A stretch of DNA of 64,000 nucleotides from Anaeramoeba ignava BMAN (Eukaryota > Protista > Anaeramoebae): the NCBI GenBank assembly GCA_028826165.1, contig JAPDFW010000011.1, positions 744,001 to 808,000 of the forward strand. The letters run 5' to 3'. Positions 24,401-37,279 of this stretch are shown piece after piece. A model generated the notes under the pieces. That model searched no databases and was not told the DNA's origin. It worked only from the letters and a program-made list of their open reading frames with translations. The translations under genes were made by a program, and so were the position numbers. Each line of letters begins with the position of its first letter. Within the stretch, counting starts at the first letter, position 1.

Positions 24401-25170
24401 ACGAAAAAAAAGCGCCAACAAACCCTGCCTTGAAACACATGAGCACAATCTCCAAACAGCACGGCTATCCTGTTATTCTTTCTTCTTCCAAATCGGGGGC
24501 AAACACTTCGCAAATATTCACAACGCTTATTGAGGAAATGTACTTGATTCTTGACCGACAACAAGACATTTTGCATGAACAAGAAATCGAGACGGAACTC
24601 AAAAAAAAGGAAATTGAACGCAATGCAAAAATTAAACAACGTCGAATCCAGAAGCGTTCGTTCAGTTCAACATCACCTCAAGGCTTACAAAAAAACACAA
24701 ATATCAAAAACATCGATATTCTTTCTCAAGAAATAATTTTCCAAACTTCCGACCAATCTTCAGATCAAGAAAACTTGATTCCGACTGATATTCCGTTTCA
24801 GAAAATCATTTCAAACCCGATTTACAGTTATTGGTTCGAACAGTTTTTACGTTCTGAATATTCGGAAGAGAATCTCCTGTTTTATTATGCTGTTCAAAAG
24901 TGGAAAAAAATCCCTCAACCTGATATTGGTCTTATTTCTTTAACAGCAAAAAAAATTTATGAAGAATTCATCTCCTCAAATGCCCATTTGGAAATCAATA
25001 TTGATGGCATTACTCGCAAAAATATCACAAAAAAAATTCAGGAAAGATATTTTGAAAAGGATCTTTTTGATGATGCTGTTCAATCTATTCTTGTTTTATT
25101 GAAAAATCGAAGTTATTTTGATTTTCTTAAAAGTGATTTTTTTAAAAATATTTTCCAAAATCAAAATTAA
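18460..25170 (+). CDS. CARMIL-like PH + LRR protein fused to ankyrin repeats, a Ras-like GTPase domain and an RGS domain
   Basis: Small 5' exons (ATG 18460; exons at about 18704, 19159, 20436); CARMIL-type motifs GFTDTYKAYC and ALKYNTWFRKL; RI-like LRRs; ankyrin repeats (GATPMH, GWTPLL, GSTALHKCA); P-loop GLHLSGKS; RGS motif FEQFLRSEYSEENLLFY. Confidence 0.85.
19344..20410. repeat. (AAATAT/AAATCT)n microsatellite-filled intron
   Basis: Begins at GTAAAT donor; AG acceptor at about 20435. Confidence 0.9.
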
Positions 25171-25274
25171 AATTAAAAACAAAAACAAAAACAACAACAA
25201 AAGCAAAAACAACAATTTTTTTCCATTTTTTTTCAAATCATTTTTTTCCTTTTTTTTTTTTTAATTTAAATAAA

Positions 25275-26808
25275 ATGGAAACAAATGAATATAAATGTTG
25301 TGATTGCTCTAAAAAATATCCAGAAAACAAACTAAAGGTTATTTGTGAAAATGAACATTTACTTTGTAAGGAATGTATCTCAAATATAGATGATTGTCCA
25401 AAATGTCACAATCCTTTAAAAACTTATGAAGTGCACGAATTTAAACCAAAAACAGATGAAAAAGAAAATGAAAAAGATGGTGAAAAAGAAGAAGATGATA
25501 AAAAAGATGAAAATAAAAAAGATGAAAATAAAAAAGATGGAAATGAAAAAGATGGAAATGAAAAAGATGGAAATGAAAAAGATGGAAATGAAAAAGATGG
25601 AAATGAAAAAGATGAAAATGAAAAAGATGATGAAAAAGAAAAAGATGATAAAAAAGATGAAAATAAAAATGAAAAAGATGAAGATGATGAAAAAGAAGAA
25701 GATGATAAAAAAGATGATGAAAAAGATAATAAAAAAGATGATAAAAAAGATGATAAAAAAGATGATAAAAAAGATAATAAAAAAGATAATAAAGATAAAA
25801 AAGATGATAAAAAAGATAATAAAAATGATGATAATAATGATAATAATAATGATAAAAAAGATGATAAAAAAGATGATAAAAAAGATGATAAAAAAGATAA
25901 TAAAAAAGATGATAAAAAAGATGATAAAATTGTAATAATATTGATTCTCTTTTCAATTCATTTTTATTGGAGAAAGCAATTTGATAAATAATTTATCAAT
26001 TTAATATTCAATTCAATTTAATATTTAATACTCAATTTAATATTCAATTTAATATTCAATTCAATATAATTCAATTTAATTCAATATTCAATTCAATATT
26101 CAATTTAATTTAATTTAATATTTAATTCAATATTTAATTCAATATTCCATATTCAATATTTAATTCAATATTCAATTCAATTCAATATTCAATTCAATTC
26201 AATATTCAATTCAATATTCAATTCAATATTCAATTCAATTCAATTCAATATTCAATTCAATTCAATTCAATTTAATTCAATTTAATTCAATTTAATTTAA
26301 TTCAATATTCAATTCAATTTAATTCAATTTAATTCAATTTAATATTCAATATTCAATATTTAATATTCAATTTAATTCCAAAAATTTCTTTATTTTTTTT
26401 GATTTAAATAAGGAAACAAAAGAATATAAATGTCTTAATTGTTCTAAAAAATATCCAGAAAACAAACTAAAGGTTATTTGTAAAAATGGACATTTACTTT
26501 GTAAGGGATGTATCTCAGAAATAGATAAATGTCCAAAATGTCAAGATCAATTAAAAGCTTATGAAGTGCACGAATTTAATCCAGAAAAAGAAAAAGAAAA
26601 AGAAAAAGAAAAAGAAAATGAAAATGAAAAAGAAAAAGATGATAAAAAAGATAATAAAAATGAAAATGAAAAAGAAAAAGAAAAAGAAAAAGAAAAAGAA
26701 AATACTCAAAAACCAAATTTGTTTGACAAAATAACAACTGTCATAACTTTAATAGTATTGGTTGGTTCTGCAATTCATTTTTATTGGAGAAAGCAATTTG
26801 ATAAATAA
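25275..26808 (+). CDS. Predicted two-RING, tail-anchored protein (exons 25275-25931 and 26413-26808); the unspliced form is ORF 25275-25991
   Basis: C3HC4-type RING (CxxC..CxxxHxxCxxC..CPKC) in both units; phase-0 GTAATA donor at 25932 and AAG acceptor at 26412; terminal TM ITTVITLIVLVGSAIHFYW followed by a basic tail. Confidence 0.7.
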
Positions 26809-29800
26809 TTTATCAATTTAATATTCAATATTCAATATCCAATTCAATTTAATATTCAATTCAATTCAATTCAATTCAATTCAATTCAATTCAATATTCA
26901 ATATTCAATTCAATTCAATTTAATTCAATATTTAATATTCAATATTCAATTCAATATTTAATTCAATTTAATTCAATATTGAATTCAATTCAATATTCAA
27001 TTCAATATTCAATTCAATTTAATTTAATTTAATTCAATTTAATTTAATATTCAATTCAATTCAATATTCAATTCAATTCAATTCAATTTAATTCAATTCA
27101 ATATTCAATTCAATATTCAATTCAATATTTAATTTAATTTAATTCAATATTCAATTCAATATTCAATTCAATATTCAATTCAATATTTAATTCAATATTC
27201 AATTCAATATTTAATTCAATATTTAATTCAATATTCAATATTCAATATTCAATATTTAATTCAGTTTAATTCAATTTAATTTAATTCAATTCAATATTTA
27301 ATTCAATATTCAATTCAATATTTAATTCAATATTTAATTCAATTTAATTCAATATTTAATATTCAATATTCAATTCAATATTCAATTCAATATTTAATTC
27401 AATTTAATTCAATTTAATATTTAATTCAATATTCAATTCAAAAAATTCTTTATTTTTTTTTCCTTTTTTTCATTTTTCAAATCATTTTTTTCCTTTTTTT
27501 TTTGATTTAAATAAAATGGAAACAAAAGAATATAAATGTCTTAGTTGTTCTAAAAAATATCCAGAAAACAAATTAATGGTTATTTGTGAAAATGGACATT
27601 TACTTTGTAATGAATGTATCTCAAATTTAGATGAATGTCCAAAATGTCACAATCCTTTCAAAGCTTATTTGATTCATGGATTTAAACCAGAAAAAGAAAA
27701 AGAAAAAGATGATAAAAAAGAAGATGAAAATGAAAAAGAAAAAGATGATAAAAAAGATGATAAAACTGTAATAATATTGATTCTCTTTTCAATTCATTTT
27801 TATTGGATGAAGCAATTTGATAAATAATTTATCAATTCAATATTCAATTCAATTTAATATTTAATACTCAATTCAATAATCAATTCAATATTCAATTCAA
27901 CATAATTCAATTCAATTCAATTCAATTTAATTCAATTTAATTTAATTCAATATTCAATTCAATTTAATTCAATATTCAATTCAATTTAATTCAATATTCA
28001 ATTCAATATAATTCAATTTAATTCAATATTCAATTCAATAATCAATTTAATATTCAATTCAATTCAATTCAATTCAATTCAATTTAATTCAATTTAATTC
28101 AATTCAATATTCAATTCAATATTCAATATTTAATATTCAATTCAATATTCAATTCAATATTCAATTCAATATTCAATTCAATATTCAATTCAATTCAATT
28201 CAATTCAATATTCAATTCAATATTCAATTCAATATTCAATTTAATATTCAATATTTAATATCCAATTTAATATTTAATTTAATTTAATATTCAATTCAAT
28301 TCAATTTAATTTAATTCAATTTAATATTCAATTTAATTCCAAAAATTTCTTTATTTTTTTTGATTTAAATAAGAAAACAAAAGAATATAAATGTCTTAGT
28401 TGTTCTAAAAAATATCCAGAAAACAAATTAATGGTTATTTGTGAAAATGAACATTTAGTTTGTAAGGAATGTATCTCAAATTTAGATGAATGTCCAAAAT
28501 GTCACAATCCTTTAAAAGCTTATGCAATTCATGGATTTAAACCAGAAAAAGAAAAAGAAAAAGATGATAAAAAAGAAGATGAAAATGAAAAAGAAAAAGA
28601 TGATAAAAAAGATGATAAAACTGTAATAATATTGATTCTCTTTTCAATTCATTTTTATTGGATGAAGCAATTTGATAAATAATTTATCAATTCAATATTC
28701 AATTCAATTTAATATTTAATACTCAATTTAATATTCAATTTAATATTCAATTCAATATAATTCAATTCAATATTCAATATTCAATTCAATTCAATTCAAT
28801 ATTCAATATTTAATTTAATTCAATTTAATTCAATTTAATATTTAATTTAATTCAATTCAATTCAATATTTAATTTAATTCAATTTAATATTTAATTCAAT
28901 TCAATTTAATTCAATTTAATTCAATTCAATTCAATATTTAATTTAATTCAATTCAATTCAATATTTAATTTAATTCAATTCAATATTTAATATTCAATTC
29001 AATATTCAATTCAATATTCAATTCAATTCAATTCAATTCAATATTCAATTCAATATTCAATTCAATATTCAATTTAATATTCAATATTTAATATCCAATT
29101 CAATATTCAATTCAATTTAATTCAATATTCAATATTCAATATTTAATATCCAATTTAATATTCAATTTAATTCCAAAAATTTCTTTATTTTTTTTGATTT
29201 AAATAAGAAAACAAAAGAATATAAATGTCTTAGTTGTTCTAAAAAATATCCAGAAAACAAATTAATGGTTATTTGTGAAAATGAACATTTACTTTGTAAG
29301 GGATGTATCTTAAAATTAGATAAATGTCCAAAATGTCACAATCCTTTAAAAGCTTATGCAATTCATGGATTTAAACCAGAAAAACCAAGACCAATTCCTA
29401 TAGAAAAAACTCAAAAATTAGATTGGTTTGAAAAAATAACAATTGTTATAACTTTAATAGTATTGGTTGGTTTTGCAATTTATTTTTATCGGAGGAAGAA
29501 ATTTGATAAATAATTTATCAATTCAATTTACTATTCAATTTAAAATTCAATTCAATTTAATATTCAATTCAACTCAATATTCAATTTAATATTCAATTCA
29601 ATTCAATTTAATTCAATTTAATTCAATTCAATATTCAATTTAAAATTCAATTCAATTCAATTCAATTTAATATTTAATATTTAATATTCAATTCAATTCA
29701 ATATTCAATATTCAATATTCAATTCAATATTCAATTCAATATTTAATTTAATTTAATTCAATTCAATTTAATATTCAATTCAATATTCAATTCAATTCAA

Positions 29801-30260
29801 TTCAATTCAATATTTAATTTAATATTTAATTTAATATTCAATTCAATTCAATTCAATTTAATTTAATTCAATATTCAATTCAATTTAATTCAATATTCAA
29901 TTCAATTTAATTCAATTCAATTCAATTTAATATTTAATTTAATATTCAATTCAATTCAATTCAATTCAATTCAATTTAATATTTAATTTAATATTCAATT
30001 CAATTCAATTTAATTTAATATTCAATTCAATTTAATTCAATATTTAATTCAGTATTCAATTCAATTCAATATTTAATTCAATATTCAATTCAATTCAATA
30101 TTCAATTCAATATTCAATTCAATTCAATATTCAATTCAATATTCAATTCAATTCAATATTCAATTCAATATTCAATTCAATATTCAATATTCAATTCAAT
30201 ATTCAATTCAATTTAATTCAATATTTAATTCAATATTCAATTCAATATTCAATTCAATTC
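25995..30260. repeat. (AATTC/AATATTC)n spacers between the six RING units
   Basis: Five blocks: about 25995-26380, 26812-27440, 27832-28340, 28686-29172, 29518-30260. Confidence 0.9.
27516..29513 (+). CDS. Predicted three-RING, tail-anchored protein (exons 27516-27767, 28374-28622, 29208-29513)
   Basis: Three RING units; phase-0 GTAATA donors at 27768 and 28623; AAG acceptors at 28373 and 29207; a full TM only in the last unit. Confidence 0.7.
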
Positions 30261-30340
30261 AAAAAATTCTTTATTTTTTTTTCCATTTTTTTTTTCATTT
30301 TTTTTCAAATCATTTTTTTCATTTTTTTGATTTAAATAAA

Positions 30341-30652
30341 ATGGAAAGAAAAGAATATAAATGTCTTAATTGTTCTAAAAAATATCCAGAAAACAAATTA
30401 ATGGTTATTTGTAAAAACGAACATTTACTTTGTGATGAATGTATCTCAAATTTAGATGAATGTCCAAAATGTCACAATCCTTTAAAAGCTTATGCACACC
30501 ATAAATTTAAACCAGCAAAAGAAAAGAAAATAATTCCTATAGAAAAAACTCAAAAATTAGATTGGTTTGAAAAAATAACAATTGTTATAACTTTAATAGT
30601 ATTGATTGGTTCTGTACTTCATTTTTATTGGATGAAACAAATTGATAAATAA
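30341..30652 (+). CDS. Single-RING tail-anchored protein (putative membrane E3 ligase)
   Basis: 103-aa ORF with complete RING and C-terminal TM ITIVITLIVLIGSVLHFYW. Confidence 0.85.
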   Translation: MERKEYKCLNCSKKYPENKLMVICKNEHLLCDECISNLDECPKCHNPLKAYAHHKFKPAKEKKIIPIEKTQKLDWFEKITIVITLIVLIGSVLHFYWMKQIDK

Positions 30653-30856
30653 TTTATCAATTCAATTTAATTCAATATTCAATTTAATATTCAATTTAAT
30701 ATTTAATTCAATTTAATATTCAATATAATATTCAATTCAATATTTAATTTAAAAATTTCTTTTTATTTTTTTTTTGATTTTTGATTTTTGATTTTCTTAA
30801 AGTTAATAAAAAATTAAAATCAAATTTATTTTAGATTTTTATTTATATTTATTTGT

Positions 30857-33800
30857 TTATTTAATTGAAAAATGTTTTTTCCTTTTTCGATGAGCAACAA
30901 AAACATTTTCTTTTTGATGAAATTGGAGTTGAAATAAAAGTGATTGATTTGAATGTGATAATTTTGAAACAAGAATTCGTGATTGAGATTTATCTAATTC
31001 ACTATTATTACTATTATTATTACTACTATTATTTGATTTGAATTTGTGCTCAATAAGACTCAATACAAAAGTTTCAAATTGAGATTTTGATTGAGCAAAT
31101 CCAAAAAAATTCTGGGGAAGAACAATTTCTTCGAGAGGAGAAGATAAAGAAACATGAAAATAATCACAATAAAAAAGGGACAATTGGTTTTGGTTGTTTT
31201 CATTTTGATTTTGATTTTGATTTTGGTTTTTGTTTTCATTTTCATTTTGATTTTGATTTTGATTTTGATTTTCATTTTCATTTTGATTTTCATTTTCATT
31301 TTGATTTTCATTTTGATTTTGATTTTCATTTTCATTTTGATTATTATTTTTGATGTTTTCAGAAATATTTTCTTTGTTTTCTTCATTTTCTTTGTTTTCT
31401 TGATTTTGATTTTGATTTTGATTTTGATTTTCTTTGTTTGTGGAAAAATTTCTATTGATTTTTCTTCTTGGAGAATTGATTTTATCCTCAAACAAGACTT
31501 TATTGAGTAAATATTGTGTATCTTGAAAATCACTTGTGAATCGAGATTCAAAGTCTTCAAAATAAATCTGTCTTGCCAAGATGATAGATTCGTGAATTTT
31601 TGAAAACCACTCTGATTTCTGTTGTTCAGAATCAAAAAGAAGTAAAATCACACCATTTTGAGTGATTAACTTGAGAGCATGAGGATAAGATGAATCGAAG
31701 CAAGAGGGAATATTTGAGTCGATAAAAAGGGAGATAGTAGAAAAGGATTGGTCGAAATCATAGCCGTTTTTGCGGGGAGAACAGAAGATGAGGATGTCGT
31801 TGAAAAGGAAGCAATTTTTTGAAGAAGTTGAAAGCGATTTTGCAATGAGTTTGTGGTTAGAAGGACTGGCGCTTGGGTCTGTGGAGAGACCTAAGTTTGT
31901 GGATATTTTGCGGATCTTCTTGGCAGTAATTTTGACGATCCGAATCTTTGCCTGAAGTATGATTCGACGAGTGTCTTTTGAAGAAAGAGAAAACGGAATG
32001 TCGTTTATTGTTTGTTCCAAATTTGTAATTGTTTCTAAATTTTCAATTTTGGATCGGTTTTCGTCAATTTGAAGCGCAATTTTCTCAAAGTTGATCACGA
32101 GGTTCTCGACATGAGAATAATCGGGATGGTCATGAGGAGTAAGACTATGCATGTCTGAAATGAAGTTGTAGTACTGGCTGATGCGCTGGAGTGGGCGGAA
32201 AAGAAGCGAGTTGAGGTTATATTGCTTGGATTTTGGCGTGAACGGAGTCGAGTTCACGAAGCGATAGAACTGCGAGTTTTTGTAGAGCATCGCGAGACGC
32301 TCTTTTATGTTCTCGTAGTGTGCGCTGTAGGCCTTGTATTTGGATAGAGAGGAAGAAAAGCCTGAGATGATATCGCAAATTCCAGTCTGCGAGCTCCATT
32401 TGCTCATCCGTTTGTCAAGGTCTTCATAAAGATGAGAGTTGTAAGTTTTCAGCTCGCAAATCGGCCCGAAAAGATCATCGATCTCGTGGGGGTCTATGAT
32501 GTTTGTCTTCATCAAGGGAAGCACAAAATTTTCTGTGAACGCAATTAAATCATCAACATAAACAAGTTCGGAATCAACAAGAAATTTTGTCTTTGATGAT
32601 CGTTCCCACTCTTTGGAGATGAGGTTGCGGATTCTTTTCGGCGTAGGCGGGTTCATCAAGATCTGGAGAGTCTGTTTGTGCAGCTTGAGGATGTTGAACC
32701 CGCGTTTGTGGAGCCAGGAGCAGATCTGGAAGTTGCCCAATTTTGCTGCGAGAACGATCGGAAAAATTCCGTCTTTTGTTGGTCGATCAGGGAACTTTGA
32801 TTTCTCCACAAGAACCTCAAGGAGATCTGTGTAGTTGTTCTCTAGCGCAAGATGCAAAGCGTTTTTGCCTTGTTTGCCGATCGGATCAACGGGGTATTTG
32901 CTGTCGATAAGCTGCAATGCATCGGCAAATCGTGCCTCCGTTACTGCTTGAAGGAGCGCAAGATCCGCGCCGTTCTCTGCAAGAATATCCACAATCTCAT
33001 CGTGGCCGTTAAGACTCGCGATGTGGATTGGTGTTAGTCCATCGGAATTGCGCCGATCGATCTGCGGTTTGTATTTCAGTAAAATGTTGACAAATGATTT
33101 TCTTCCAAATGAACATGCCAAAAAAAATGGCGTTTCTTGTTTGTTATTGAGCACTTGGAGATTGGGCTTGAGCGCAATAAATCGGGTGAGGATATCTTCA
33201 GGAGAATTGTTGATGATCAACAAATGCAAAGGAGTGTTTCCTTCCTTGTTTTTTGTGTCCAATTTGCTTCCTTGTCTGTAGAGCATCTCTATCATCTCGA
33301 ACTTCAGATGCTGCGCGGCGCAATGCATTGGCGTGTTTCCGAGCGCGTCCGTTTTTGTTGTTTTTGCACCTTTTATCATTAAGAAATTCAAGCACTCGGT
33401 TGACTTATTGTTAACAATAGCAAAATTCAAAATCGGATCTTTTATTTTTGAATTGTTTATTTTTGCGTCGTGAGCTACAAGGATCTGGAGAATGCGCAGG
33501 TTTTCGTACTTAACGGCATAATGCAGAGCAAGATATCCGTGCTTGTCAATGAGATTCACTTTCGCATGATTTTTTACGAGCATCTCGACAATTTCATGTT
33601 TGCCCTTGATTACAGCAAGAAAGAGGGGAGAACGATCTTGGTTGTCGCGTGAGTTGATGTCCATCTTTTTCTTGGCTCTCCACTTCATCAGCTCTTCGAC
33701 TGTTTTTATGAACCCGTTTTTGCAAGCAACATGCAACGGGGTCTGGTCCTCGTTGTTCTTGCACTGGATGTCTGCATTGTTCTGCAATAAGAGGTTGGCA

Positions 33801-36800
33801 AGAAAATAATTTCCTGCTGAGCATGCCAGATGAAGTGGTGTCATACCGTCTTTGTTTGTGATGTCAGGATTTGCTTTTTGATTGAGCAAGATCTGTATGA
33901 TATCAACATGTCCGTAAATGATTGCAAAGTGGAGAACTGTGTTCCCATCTTCGTCGCTTAAAGAAAGGCTTGCTCCGTGCTCAATAAGTAATTGCGCTGT
34001 TTCTGAATATCCGTTCCGTGTCGTTAACATTAGCGGCGTTAAGTTTTCTTTGTCGAATACGTCCAGTTTTGCTCCATGTTCAATTAGAAGCTTTAAAATT
34101 GAAGTTGATCCTGTCATTGCTTTATTATCAAATATTATTTATATATTTATATATTTAATTATATATTTAATTATATATTTAATTATATATTGATTTATAT
34201 ATTTATTTATATATTTAATTATAAATTTAATTATATATTTAATTATATATTGATTTATATATTTATTTATATATTTAATTATAAATTTAATTATATATTT
34301 AATTATATATTTATTTATATATTTAATTATATATTTATTTATTTATTTATTTATTTATTTATATATATATTTTATATTATTTTATTTTATATTTATTTAT
34401 ATATTTATTTATTATTTATATATTTAATTATATATTTAATTTATTTATTTTATATATTTTAATTATATATTTATTTATAAATTGATTTATATATTTATTT
34501 ATATATTTATTTTTATATATTTTATTATTATATTAATTTATATATATATTTATATATTTATATTTATTTTATTTATTTATTTATTATTTATTTATATATT
34601 TATTTTATATTTTATATATTTATTTTTATATATTTATTTTTATTTATTTTTATATATTTTTTTTATATATTAATTTATATATTTATTTATATATTTATTT
34701 ATATATTTATTTATATATTTATTTATATATTGATTTATATATTGATTTATATATTTATTTTATATTATTTATTTATATATTTTATATATATATTTATTTA
34801 TATATTTTTTATATATTTATTTATATATTTATATTTATTTATATATTTAATTATAGTATTTAATTATATATTTATTTTATATATATTTTAATTATATATT
34901 TATTTTATATATTTAATTTTATATTTATATTTATTATATTTTTGTTTTTTATATATTTATTTATAAATTTATTTATATATTTATTTTATATATTTTATTT
35001 ATATAAATTATTTATTTATTTATATATTTATTTATTTTATATATTTATTTATTTATTTATATATTTATTTATATATTTATTTATTATATTTATTTTTATA
35101 TTTTATTTATATATTTATTTATATATTTATTTATATATTTATTTATATATTTTATTTATATATATAATTATATATTTTTATATATATTTAATTTTATTTA
35201 TATTTATTTATATTTAATTATATATTTATTTATATATATTAATTATTTATTTTATTATTTATTTATTTTTATTTTATATTTATTTATATATTTATTTATA
35301 TATTTATTTATATATTTATTTATATATTTTTTTTTATATTTATTTATTTATATATTTATTTATATATTTATTTATATATTTATTTATATATTTATTTATA
35401 TATTTAATTATATATTTATTTATATATTTATTTATATATTGATTTATATATTTATTTATTTATTTATTTATAAATTGATTTTATAAATTGATTTTATAAA
35501 TTGATTTATAAATTGATTTTATATATTGATTTATATATTTATTTATATATTTAATTATATATTTATTTATATATTTATTTATATATTTATTTATATATTT
35601 ATAAATTGATTTCTAAATTGATTTCTAAATTGATTTCTAAATTGATTTATAAATTGATTTATAAATTTCTAAATTGATTTAAAAATGGGTTAAATAGTTA
35701 AAATATTTGCGATTTACCCGCCCAATGAATTGGTTTTCTTCCTACTCTATCCAAAGCTAAATACAAAAATACAAAAATGAAAAAATAAAAAATAAAAAAT
35801 TAAAAAATAAAAAATAAAAAAATAAAAATTACATTCTATTTCTAAAGGAGAAGTTTCAAGTAATTCCCTTAAATTCTCTTCATCACCTTCCAAACAATAA
35901 GTATGTATATTAGTTTTAGCACCTTTCTGAAACAAAAGTTCACAAATTTCAGTTAGATTTTTTTTCTGAGCCAAAAGTAAAGGTGTCAATTCTTCTTTAT
36001 TTTTAACTTTCAAAGAAGCACCCAAAGAAAGCAAAACATTAACACCTTCAATATCATTCATTTCTATTGCGTAATGAAGGGCTGATTTACTCTCTGCAGA
36101 TAATATATCAATGGGAAATCCAGATTCAACTAACATTTTAATTGATTCATAATGTTTATTTTTTATTGCTAAATGAATTGCAGAAAATCCTTCAAAATTT
36201 GGAGAAAATGGACAATTTTTTATATATTTCTTAAATATTTCCATTCCTTCTAAATCCCCATTTTCTGAAAGAATATGAATTGGTAAATTTCCTAATGAAT
36301 CTGTATAACATTTTTCAACTTTATCGTTTGATAATAAAACTTCTAAGCATTTATAACGTTTTAAAGAAGTTGCTAAAAGGAGAGATGTTCTAAATTTTAA
36401 AATTTTAAAAAAATGCAAATCAAATATTTAATTATTTATTATTTAATATTTAATTATTTGATATTTAATATTTGATTATTTAATATTTATTATTTTATTA
36501 TTCATTATTTGATTATTTGAATATTTGAATATTTAATCCTCAAAAAATAAATTCCAAATTCTATTTAAATTAAACTAAAAAATTTTTTAATTCGTCATCC
36601 AAATTTAAATTTAATTTGTAAAAAAAAATTTTTGTTTTATAAGATCAATAAAAATGATCAACAAATTAAAAATTAAATTAAAAAATTAAATTAAAAATTA
36701 AATTAAAAAATAAATTAAAAATTAAATTAAAAAATTAAATTAAAAAATTAAATAAATGAAAAATGGAATTAGATCAAAAAATAAAAAATAATTCAAATAA

Positions 36801-37121
36801 CAATTACAATCCTTTTTTGTTTATTTTGTTGGGATCAACTCCTTTTTCAATTAAAACATCAATTAAATCAATATGATCTAATTCTATTGTATAATGAAGA
36901 GGTGAAGATCCAGTTTCTTCAATTTTAAATGCTTTTTCAAATGGTTCATTTAATAAAACTTCAACTAATTTTTTATTGTTTTTTTCTATTGCTTTTTTTA
37001 AAGCTTCTTGTGTTCGGATTTCTTGATAAATTTCTATATTTTTTGAAAGTTTAGTCTTAATTTCATCAATATTTCCTTGATCACATAAACTAATAAATTC
37101 ATTCATTACTTCTTCTTCCAT
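30857..37121 (-). CDS. Ankyrin-repeat + DH-PH (RhoGEF) protein, multi-exon
   Basis: Exons about 37121-36808, 36390-35833, a micro-exon (VGRKPIHWA, about 35746-35718) and 34120-30857; many ANK repeats; DH motifs FLVDSELVYVDDL, LLFRPLQRISQY, TPHDHPDY; PH motif CFLFNDILIFC. Confidence 0.88.
34133..35680. repeat. (ATATATTTATTT)-type microsatellite-filled intron
   Basis: Visible array inside the ANK-RhoGEF gene. Confidence 0.9.
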
Positions 37122-37279
37122 TTTAAAAAGAAAAGAGAAAGAGAAAAAAAATTTTTGTTTTAAATAAAAAAATTAATAATAAAAAGATGAATAAAAAATT
37201 AAAAAAGAAAAATGAAAAAAAAAATTAATTTATTAATTTATTAATTAATTGTGTTTTGTATTTATAATTTGTATTTTAT

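Noticed and set aside
20469-24639. Antisense and alternate-frame ORFs overlapping the large genes (also 31060-34193, 41590-42113, 9871-10563)
   Set aside because: They are shadow ORFs of well-supported coding exons with no recognisable motifs
25275-30652. Repeat-spacer periodicity resembling a CRISPR array or transposon
   Set aside because: The repeats are protein-coding RING units and the spacers are microsatellite; there are no cas or transposase genes or terminal repeats
20728-34117. Possible inteins in the long ORFs
   Set aside because: I saw no Hint-domain N-terminal (C-x-x-x-G/D-T) or C-terminal HN-C/S/T motifs interrupting the domains; an HMM search would be needed to exclude them fully
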